Shown: positions 34,170 through 44,387 of the stretch, piece after piece
Numbering within the stretch: the first letter of the stretch is position 1
Layout of the letters: every line of letters begins with the position of its first letter
Assembly (NCBI GenBank): GCA_973895155.1
Contig: OZ316898.1
Location: forward strand, 10,935,187 to 10,999,186
Direction: 5' to 3'
Origin: Marsupella aquatica
Lineage: Eukaryota > Plantae > Marchantiophyta
DNA: 64,000 bases
Made by a program: the position numbers and the translations under genes
Notes under the pieces: generated by a model
Told to the model about the DNA's origin: nothing
What the model saw: the letters and a program-made list of their open reading frames with translations, nothing else
Database searches by the model: none

Positions 34170-34935
34170 CCTGAGTGGAGTTGAAATGATTGTTCGTAAT
34201 CGATTGTAGTCGTTCTCATTCACTTGAAATGACTGACGGACCATGCATTATCTTTACCGGTATGTGTGATGCCTTTAGATCCGTAATTGTATCTTCTTGT
34301 CTCGCGCGCAATCGTATCTTACTTATGAAGTACCAATTACGAGCTAGAGTTTGGGCCTAGCCTTCTAGCTTCTACGTCGTAGACCCTGTACCCTCTGACT
34401 AAGGTCACGCGACATGCCTTTAGATCCGTAATTGTATCTTCCTATCTCACGCGCAATCGTATCTTACTTATGAAGTACCAAGTACGAGCTAGAGTTTGGG
34501 CCTAGCCTTCTAGCTTCTACGTCGTAGACCCTGTTATCCCTACACCCTCTGACTAAGGTCACGCGACTAGTCGCGTGCAGGGCAGTGCATTGACTACATT
34601 CTGCCTACTTATTGACGGTTGTGACAGGACAATGCAGTTCACAGACGTTTTACTGGCGCTTATTAGCACTACTGTCCTCAGTAGTTACTGACTGTCCACT
34701 CATTTGTTCTGAGTGGATGTGAAATGATTGATCGTAATCGATTTGGTCATTCTCATTCATTTGACATGACTGACGGACCATGCATAGTCTGTTGCCCGGT
34801 CTGTTGCCGGTATGTGTGGTACCTCTAGGGTCACGCGACCAGTCGCGTGCAGCGCAGTGCATTGACTACATTCTGCTTATTGACCAACGTGAGAGGACAG
34901 TGCAGTGAAATTGATGGACGTGACAGGACTATACG
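34170..34935. repeat. Mosaic of short duplications in the divergent region between the cargo and the transposase
   Basis: atgcctttagatccgtaattg at 34269 and 34414; gactgacggaccatgcat at 34231 and 34768; tcacgcgac(t/c)agtcgcgtgcag at 34559 and 34831. Confidence 0.85.
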
Positions 34936-35056
34936 CTTACAGTGATATTCTCTGATGTGCAGGATCATAATTATTATGGTGACATCGACAGTCTGGATCA
35001 GGGAAGGCGGATAAGTAATTATAGGCATACGTGAGAAACAGGTTGGAAAAGGTCGC

Positions 35057-38000
35057 GTGATAAGTCTTGATCCTTCCAGGGTTTGTCACAATGTTCCTTT
35101 TGGGGCGGACAGAGGAGTTCTTCTTTTGGAGGAAGTTTTTGACGAGACCATTCTATGCGAAGATGGCGAACTTTTGAAGGACATGATTGGGGGTTACCTT
35201 GTATGGGAAAGGAATCAGCTTTTTCGAGCTCCCATGGAATCGGAGGATGTGTTTGGCACTGTTGGTGATGATCAAGATCCAGTCAATCAAAATTCTGATG
35301 GGAACAACCATAATGAGAGTCGGTCTGGTGTGGAAGTAGTTTTACCAAAGGCCTTGTGGATGGGCATGCCTGTAAAGGTGGTGGATGAGAACAAGTTGAT
35401 ATTTGCAGTGGCAACTATACATGTTCTAGATCCTATAGTCAAGCTTGGGGATGTCACCCTTGGGAATACACATGTGGGAATTCTGATCAACGATTTTGTC
35501 GAGGGAGCTACCATAGATCATCTGAAGCATAGAGATTGCTTAAAAGCTTGGTCGATGGACCAACTCATTGCCAAGGATGGCAACTTGTTGTCTTTCCACA
35601 ACATCAGGCAAGCTGTGGGAGGGAACACATCTCCAACAAGTGGCAAGCGGTCCTACGTCCATAAAAGTAGGAAAAGAAAGAGTCCATCTTCCCAGACATC
35701 TAGAAGAGACACATCTTTGGCACGTCAAGATGTGTTGTTGATAAACACTAAGGACTGTTGTAGTGAACATTGTTGCCAATATTTGGACCGCAACTTGGCT
35801 ATGGCAATTAGGCAAAAGTGGTGGTCAAAATCTTTTGCGGAGCGCAAGGAGGAGGAAATCAAGGCTATTAAAAATACAATACACTTAGGTACTGGAGAAA
35901 GGATTCTAGCAGTGGAGGGCAAAGTATTGTGCTTGGAGGCATGGAGAATCATTCATTCAAGAGGAAAGACTCAATTTTATGCCTTGAAGAAGACTGTGAT
36001 GGCTGGAATGAACATAGGTACCCATGGTAATGCTGGAAAAAAGGCGTATGTCCGAGAAAGTATCTCAAGCGTTCATGTCAATGAAAGAGATTATTGAGGA
36101 GGCAGCTGATCATCATCCAGCCAAGTTGAGAACCATGGTAGATAATACAAGGATGGTTTTGAGGGAATTGCCAACAAATCTTACTTGGGAGAATATTAGA
36201 AACAGGGTTAATGTTGTCAACCAGGAGGCTGGTCTTCCTCCAATTTCCCAACCCACCTTGAGTCATCTACATCAGATGTATTTCAGGGAGTTCTCACGTC
36301 ACAAAAAGGGTAACAACTTTTCAAAGTGTACAACTTGTAGTGAGTTGCTTCAACGGAAAGCAAACCTTACAGGAGCTAAGGAAGAGTTAGAGGGCCTAAG
36401 GCGTGACGAGGAGGAACATCACCAAGACCACACACAACAAAGAATGTGCTATCATACCTGGAGATATGAGTCCATCCATCGTCCAAAGGAAGTGTTATGC
36501 CTTATTCATGATAAGATGGATCATTCAAAGATAGCTCTCCCAAGAATGCCCTTCAATCCTAAGCATGTGGATGGTGCCCAAAAGTTCCCAATTACTGTCA
36601 CTGGTATCCTTACTCATGGTCATGGTCCCAAGGCCATAGCCCAATATCATGTTGGAGTGTGGCCAGGTGATGTCAACATCACTATTGGGTCAATTGATTC
36701 AATACTAAGGATGTTGGAAAACCCAAATCCAATGATCAAATCACTTGTGGAGGGGCCAGACTCGACAAGTCTTTTTAAAGACCTCCTTTTTGGGAGAGCA
36801 GATATCTTGGAGGCAAGTGTCCTTAGAGCATTTGAGGATGACATTGCCTACATCTCAAGCCTAGGTACTTTACTCACAATCCTTTAATTTATTATTATTT
36901 AATAATATAAGCTCACACACACTGACACTCTACTTTGTGTAGTTGTTGCTCCTCCTAGCCAAGGTTTCATTAATAGGGTTTAAACCCTAAACCCTAAATT
37001 GGGGTTTAGGGTCTGACTAGGGTTTTGTTTAAAAGCATTCTGAGATTGTTACATTGTGATGCAGCACCTGAGGCACCAAAGTTCAGGCCCCTTCCACGAG
37101 TATTGAAGCTACAACTGGATAATTGTGCCTCAGACAACAAGAACAGATATATGATGGCTTATTTGTCATTGTTGACGGCAAGGGAGGTGTTTGAAGAGGT
37201 TCATCTTGGTTTTATGGTGGTTGGGCATACTCATGAGGACGTTGACGGTATGTTCGGGCATTTTTCAGAGTCTATGATGCATAACCCCACATACTCATTG
37301 CCTAAGTTAATGTCCTTGTTCATGAGAGCAAGGACACCCAATGCAGTCCCACATTTTCTACAGGAGGTCCCAGATTTCAAAAACTACTTAGCTCCATTCA
37401 TGTTGAAGGGCCCTGAGGCATTGGTGGGGCATTTAAAACCCAGGCTGTTTAGGTTCTATGTTCGTCATGATAGTATGCCATGCTTCCAATACAAAATGAA
37501 GTCAACTGATCAGGGATGGTTACCCAAGGAAGGTATTGAAATGTGGTCATGGAAAGATGACAAAAGTCCTCACATCCCAATTGGGGTGCCCAAACGGCTA
37601 CCAATGATGGAGTTGAAAATGCTTCCTGAAGTGCTGACAGGGTTGAAGAAGCATGTGTCATTCTTTGAGTTTATTCTAAAGCGAACAAAAGAGGAAGAAC
37701 CAAAGCGACGTTGGACAACTCTCATCAATTATTGGAATGGCATTGTAGATACTCTACAGGGTGAGCAGGTGCAATATGAACCTGAAGGTGCACACAACTT
37801 GGAATACGGGTTTTGGCCTTTATCAATATGGAGAGAGCACGTTCCACCAGAATATCGAAATGTGGTATGTGAGTTGGAGGCAACAGTGGATTATGTGGGA
37901 CCAGCAAAAGATAAACCTCCTGAGAGTTTTAACCCTAGGGTTGATGTTGTGAAGGGCTGTTATGTGTTGGTACGGCCGGACGACTCAGACCTGGATGTTT

Positions 38001-38353
38001 ATCCCGTCCATATGGGGTTAGTTGTTACAGATGTGGTAGAAGGACCAGTGAATGAACAAAACCTTCTTACTCATGTATGTGGCGTTGAGTGGTTTAGACC
38101 ATTTATGGCAAAGAAGCAACGTGGTCAATCAGACTGGCAGCCAAGAGAGCGGTGGGCAGATTCTTGGGATAAGAAATGGGAACGTGATCCATCTCCAATA
38201 TACAAGGAAGCTGAGACAATAGATGTTTCCTCTGCCTTGTGGTGTTTCAAAGCACGCAAAGGACCAATGACAGGGCTGGTAGGAATTCCAAAGAATGTTG
38301 CTGTCAAGGCAAGAGACTATCTCTTGACATGCATAGCAAGTGACAAATCCTAG
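35057..38353 (+). CDS. Sola-like (DUF7869-type) DDD transposase with one frameshift in an A-run (~36037-42) and an intron at 36865-37064; the true start is probably further upstream
   Basis: DCCSEHCC, THGNAG, FSKCTTC, LIHDKMD, LQLDNCASDNKN and FMVVGHTHEDVDGMFG; the phase-1 intron joins the ORFs in frame; two N-terminal TnpA/DUF8039-like repeats. Confidence 0.88.
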
Positions 38354-38444
38354 ACAGTAATGAAGCATGTAGTTTAGCATACAGTTTAAAAGGCAACTCA
38401 GAATAGTAGTAGCCAGAGAACTCGAGTTTAGACAAGTCTTATCG

Positions 38445-39025
38445 TCTAAGTTAGTTAGTTGGTTAGTTTATTTAAGATATAATATTAGTTAGTGGGGCCT
38501 TAGTTTGGTGATATTAAGGCATGATATTATTGACATTCAAATGAATGTCCAGTAGACATTGTAATATACAACAATCCTATTAATAAATAATAATTATAGT
38601 TACACCCTCAAGTGAACTCAACTTTCAATGATTTCTGATTTTATATGGTTCCATGCCTGATTGAGTCAAAGCAATAGAAACTAACTAATTAAAGGGTGAT
38701 ACTATAATTGTAGGTCACGCACCCTGGTGCGTGTCAATCTTTTTTGTATTCAACCCTATAGTAATTAAATAGACAAGTTAGTTAGTTGGTTAGTTTATTT
38801 AAGATATAATATTAGTTAGTGGGCCCTTAGTTTGGTGATATTAAGGCATGATATGATTGACATTCAAATGAATGTCCAGTAGACATTGTAATATACAACA
38901 ATCCTATTAATTGTTGTAAAGAAACTAATTAATTAAAGGGTGATACTTACTATGATTGTAGGTCACGCACCCTGGTGCGTGTCAATCTTTTTTGTATTCA
39001 ACCCTATAATAATTAAATAGACAAT
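38445..39025. repeat. Two-copy ~325-bp duplication downstream of the transposase; each copy has a decayed palindrome ACGCA-N6-TGCGT
   Basis: aagttagttagttggttagtttt at 38448 and a near-identical copy at 38775; tcacgcaccctggtgcgtg at 38715 and 38963. Confidence 0.9.
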
Positions 39026-39175
39026 TGAAACAATGAATGATAGTTTAATTAAGGATTTGTGCATGGATCAAGAGGTACTTGATGTCATTTAGTGATGCAT
39101 TGTTATAAAGATCTTGCAACAAAACATTTGAAGTTTTTGACTATCCCACCAAATGTTAAAGAGGTTGATCATTCA

Positions 39176-39241
39176 TTAACTAATAATATTTAGATAAAAT
39201 TGGAATTAATCTAATACTTCAGTATTCCTTAAATTGGGGTT
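39176..39241 (-). repeat. Right TIR of the giant transposon
   Basis: ...ttcagtattccttaaattggggtt followed by the GGTG TSD. Confidence 0.9.
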
Positions 39242-40540
39242 GGTGTGCAAGTCTACAATGCAGACTAATAGATTGTGTAACAAAACAACTAGCCGGAGTA
39301 GTAGGAATATCAGCTTAATTTGTGCACAAAGAGAACCTTGAGGCCATCAATCTTCTTGGCGGAAACAAATTCCCCCCTGTAACACAAGCAACAAAATGTG
39401 ACTCCCATCCACGCAATAAACGCCTATTTGTTCTAGAAGATGCTCGGGGAGAGTATTGAGGACACTGGTAGGCATGTAACAAACAACATGCAGTTGGACT
39501 AGTTGAAAAGAACAAACACTGTGTTGTAGTCACAAATGAACTTCACCATATCCTGGTGAAATGGTTTGGACCCAATCCGGTATTGATGGACATAGATCTG
39601 AAATATAATTTTGAAAAGTGATTTGTTGTTGCAAAAATCCCCTTAGCGCCTGAGTCAACAATCCATGTCGAAGTATCACTCACTGGACCATCCTCAGAAT
39701 GTGCTTGAAGAGAGAATTGAACAGAATCAAAGAGAGTAACAAAAGGGGGCAAAGATGGCAGCAGAGCAAAAGTAGATGCCTGAACATTAATGTTACCCTT
39801 TGTTCTCTGCTGAATGCGCTGCAGTGATTGGATTTGGTTGCCATCCAGGCCTGCAAAGATGTACATGTTTGTAGAAGAGATGCATCAATCAGCAATATTG
39901 CGGTATTGCTCACCAAACACTTCCATCTCTTCACCTTTGTATTTATATTTCACAAATTGAACCCAAAGATCATTTTTTGCACGAGTCCCTGTGGTTCATA
40001 TTGCTTCTTCAATTTATCCCAACAAGCTTTGGTGGTAGGAACTTTAGCAAGTGAGGTTTGAATGTGTGACTTACAGGTAGACAAGATAATCATACAAGCA
40101 TGAGCAGCTTTCTCGTGATCTGTTTCAAACCGAGCCTGAAACTGATATGCCTTTTCATTAGCTTCACGTGGAGGTGGAATTGTAGTGCCATCCATGAACT
40201 TTCACCCGCCCGTAGATGCCAAGCTTGCAGAAACAAGATTCTGTCATGTCTCATAATTGGAATTACCATCGAGCTTAGGAATAGTGTGGCTAGAATTGCG
40301 GGACCCTTATGCCATGTTATCACACTTTAAAGAAAAAAAGCAACTAGAATGTGACTATGTGCAAGCTTAAAATGTGTGTTGTTTCTTGGCCCATAACCTG
40401 TGATTGGTCTCAATAGAGCAAACAAAAGGAAAACAAACTTGAGCACACATCAATGGATTAAGAAGGAAACATGTGTACAGATCTTTATTTTCCGCCTTGT
40501 CCTTGAAGAGGAACAATAGACAAACTTATAAATGTTCTCT
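39242..40540 (-). mobile_element. Decayed Copia 5' part: LTR end, PBS, gag and protease
   Basis: ...ATCACA then PBS GGTTATGGGCCAAG (40398-40385); gag TTKACWDKLKKQYE; protease WIVDSGA; no matching 3' LTR found and the LTR extent is uncertain. Confidence 0.8.
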
Positions 40541-40545
40541 GATCC

Positions 40546-40909
40546 AGGCTAGGTTCCATGGGCCAGGGGCAGGGAGTACAATCACCCCTTGGGCCCCAAA
40601 TACACCGTATGCCAATGTGTACCCAATATTTTTAATGTATAATTGGGCCCCAAATACACCATATGCCAATGTGTACACAGTATTTTAAATGTCTAATTTT
40701 TTACTTTAGAACCAATGAGAATGCACTTTACTGTCACTATACAAGGGCAGGGGGTGCCCCTAGAGTTTAACAGGGAGTGTGAGGGAAATCATACTCCCTA
40801 CTACCATATATGTACACTACTCACTTTCTTGAAAAGCTGTGATCTTATTGGCTCAAACATGCTGACACACATATGCACTCCTCACTCCCAACCGCATGGA
40901 ACCTTGCCC
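40546..40909. mobile_element. Possible Harbinger-type MITE
   Basis: aggctaggttccatg / catggaaccttgccc, a 13/15 inverted match; TSD not conserved. Confidence 0.4.
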
Positions 40910-41335
40910 TTAGGCAGGAGTGAGAGAGATGATCCTTAAGAGCTAAACTCCCAGTAGACATTTGAAAAGACATGAAGCTCCTTAACGAAAAACATATATC
41001 ACAATGCCCAAAGGCAATGCAACCCTATGAAGGGGAGGAAAAGAGGGGAAAGGGCCCCAAGAAAAACAAGTGAATGGGTCCCTAACCAAAAGCCTACTAA
41101 AATGTAACCTATAAACGAGATGTGAAGGCTAACACTTACTGAACTCATAACTGAAAAACCTAGTAGAGCTCCAAATCCTTCACACAAATTGACACATTGA
41201 CACCTAGTGAGTTAAACTACTTATTACACCAGTGGCACTTCACATGAGTAACAAGTAACCGGAGAACTCTGCACGAAAGATAGCAGTCGATCACAAAGAC
41301 GACAGAGAAACCTGTCACACATTGTAACGAGGGCG

Positions 41336-43492
41336 ATGGCGGGCCTTGCACAGACGACGCCCAGCGTGTATTTTTCCCGGCGGGACGTAGCGAGCTGGTT
41401 CGTGGCGACTTGGCGCTGTCGGCATCCAGTCCATATCACCTGCAATCTTGCGTTTCAAGGAAGGAGACGACGATCCAGTTGTGGTGAGTCACTTCGGCCA
41501 GCCTCTCCGATAAATCACTCCATTTTCGTCACAGATTTCTGATCTTTCTCGCGTTAACTAGTGCGGAGTATGATTTGAGCCATCGAGCTAGATTTTTCTT
41601 CCTCAGATTTATAGCTGTTGAGGGAGACTAACCGAACGATTTTTGTCGCTGGCCTCGTTGCTGCACATTGCGATTCAGATCATCGTCAAGTGAGGAATCC
41701 ATGTTCCATGATGTCGTCGGCATTGGGTTCTGATCTTCTCTCAGTAGTTGGCTTCAATTGAGCAAGCAATTTTTGTTTGTGAAGGTCATCGTTCTTTGCT
41801 CACTTCATCCTGTCTGCCACTTGTTCACAAAAAATCAACAAACTGTGTGGATTTTCTACAAGTTCATCATTTCCTCGGTGCTCATTCTCTTGTGGGACAT
41901 GAATCCCTGCAAATTCCGCCGCCTGCTTGTGTGATCGAGTTTCTGGAGCCCATTCCGCCATGGGCGATAATCATCAGTCTTAAGCTTTCATTTTATCGAC
42001 CCAATTCTGAAGCAATGCCGTGCCAAATGTCCAATTGGCCAGCCACCTCTAGCCATGCAGAAGTATATTAGCGCGCATCCTCTTTAAGCCTGAAAGACGA
42101 TTTCAGGCTAATTCAGAACTCCATGTCAACTCTGTCCTGTGAACCTATCCTTGATATGAGAATCTGTCCTGGACCGTCGGATTTTTTGTTGAGGTTGAAA
42201 TATCTGATGTTCAGTATTTAGATACATTAAGCTATTGAAGGTCTAATAGTCGAGCAGGTGCATTGCATTCAGGTGTTTCTCAACTGTTTGACATCGGGCA
42301 CTGAACAAATGGTCTGAGTATAAACACTCTGTGCTGCTCATTCTGGAATTTCAATATAGAGCCGTATGTCGATCATGGAACCCCTTTGCTACGCTCCCCT
42401 TTCTCAACAACATAGTTCTCACTCACTGAGCTCTTGTGAGCTGCAAAATGGAGGTCATCTCACTGTGGATGCTAATATTGTGTTGCGACGGGGCTTCAAA
42501 TCTGGTCATGAACGGTACATGGATGAGGCAAATGATTAAGAGGAAACATTGGACGACACTGGTGGGGAGATTAACAGAACCCCCGTCGCATAAACTTTCT
42601 TGGGATGCGTCAAATGCTTTGACATCAACAGTCTAATGATGTTCTGTTCCTCTGTAGAGATATCGAGCAAGACCCCCACTGCACGGGAAACAGGAAGACA
42701 GGATGCATGCCGACTAGCCGTACCAGCGAGTGAACGTCCTCCCGCCAGCATGCTAACAGACAACGAGATTAAAGACACGGACTCGGATACATGTGAGATT
42801 GTTCAAGGTTCTGATGTCACCCTTGGTGAAAGGCCATGTACGTTCCAGGCATATTTGGTTAAAGCTATCAAGAACAACAGTGGAGTGTCAATTTTGTTTC
42901 TGACTGACGCTCTCGGATACAGTAACGGGGACAGCAGAGATTTTGCTTATCGTTTGGCATGCTTCGGATACAAGTAATCAACAAACTCTTCTCACCCTGC
43001 TCGTCCTTGGAGTAATTTGTCTAGCCTAAACTTTGGATGGGTGACTCAGGAATCTTATGAATGAATGCTATTAAGTTACAAGTCCAGTTTTTTATGCTCC
43101 TCCTTTGGAATATGAGATCGGCAAGTTTTCAGCTACGTTTCCGAGTGGTGTTGCAAGTCTATGGGAGAGAGCGCTCTATAAAGAAACGAAATTCATAGGA
43201 CCGAATCGTTCAATTTTGAAGGTGAAATGAATTTGGCATCGAATAATGTGTACATTGTTTAATAGTGTCCGTCTAAATGGGGAAGAAAACTATGATACAG
43301 ATGTGAGAGCCGAAAGCGACGATAAAAGATCTTGAAGAAAGAGAAACACTGCCCTGGTGGCCGGTTTTTATAATAAAATAAACAACAAGAAGAAGAAAGA
43401 AAGAGAACGTTGAATAACATGACTCAGTTCTCTGGCAGGTCTAGTGTCTGAAGAATTAAATTTAGTGCCCATTGTTAGTTGTGTCCCGTCTC

Positions 43493-43523
<31 letters not shown>

Positions 43524-44173
43524 CGATACAAGGTTTTAATCAGGGATAAGGTCCCAACCAGCAGCTTTGAATGGATATCAAACCGAACGCAACTGACAAC
43601 TGCTTTTGGCTTATCTGATTTCTCTTTCTCGCATCTGTACCTTCCGACAGCGTTCTGGTTCCAGACTTGTTTCGAGGAGTACCTTGGAGCAAAGAGAGGA
43701 CTAAGGATGAATATGAAAAGTGGCGTGAGCTGCATTCTCCGGATAGAGTTGCCAGAGACATAGATGTCGCCATTGAGTACTTAGTCAAGCACCTCGGTTC
43801 AACTGGGAAACTTGGTGTGATTGGTTTCTGCTTTGGAGGCGGACGAATGATCGAGACTCTTGCCAGGGATACTGACACCCTCTTCGCTACAGGGGCATTT
43901 CTGTACGGTACGAGATTTGACAGCTCCTTAGCAACACAAATTAGAGCACCCTTGCTTCTCATAGCAGGAGACGGTGATGATCTGTGCTCCCCAGCAATTG
44001 TCCGTCACCTTGAGCAGACAGTGCGGGGATCGAAGGCGAAGATCTATCCTGGCTTTGGTCATGCCTTCGCTCATCACCCTGGTACTCCTGAGGAAGATGA
44101 CGCTGCTGAAGATGCTTTCGCTGAAGTTAGGCAGTGGTTCCATGATCGCCTAATATCCGATTCAACGGACTGA
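41336..44173 (+). CDS. Dienelactone hydrolase family (carboxymethylenebutenolidase-like) protein with a probable organellar transit peptide; exons 41336-41483, 42658-42973, 43651-44173
   Basis: GT-AG junctions are in frame and rebuild GYNVLVPDLFRG; nucleophile motif GFCFGG; GDGDD; GFGHAF. Confidence 0.9.
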
Positions 44174-44293
44174 AAGATTGAGCTGTGCACGCGCAGCAAT
44201 GTACACTAAACAGTAAACTAGCATTATCATGCTTGACATGCGGGTCCAGGTAGTCGCTGTGGATTGCCACGGTTGGTATGCTCATGCTCATGC

Positions 44294-44387
44294 TCTGTTC
44301 TGTTCTGTTCTGTTCTGTTCTGTTCTGTTCTGTTCTGTTTTCTGTTCTGTTCTGTTCTGTTCTGTTCTGTTCTGTTCTGTTCTGTTC
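44294..44387. repeat. (TCTGT)n pentanucleotide microsatellite downstream of the hydrolase stop codon
   Basis: Seen directly in the sequence. Confidence 0.97.

Larger units (their letters stand above)
17271..39241 (+). mobile_element. Giant (21,971-bp) cargo-carrying TIR DNA transposon with a Sola-like DDD transposase
   Basis: Left end AACCCCAATTTAAGGAAAACCGAA; reverse complement of right end AACCCCAATTTAAGGAATACTGAA; GGTG TSD at 17267-70 and 39242-45; the empty site restores Copia LHCRLAHLHVDGLR in frame. Confidence 0.93.

Noticed and set aside
17271-39241. Classification of the giant element as CACTA, Mutator, Helitron or endogenous virus
   Set aside because: The ends are AACCCC/GGGGTT with a 4-bp TSD (not CACTA with 3 bp or Mutator with 9 bp); no Rep/helicase, polymerase or capsid motifs were seen; the cargo has spliceosomal introns.
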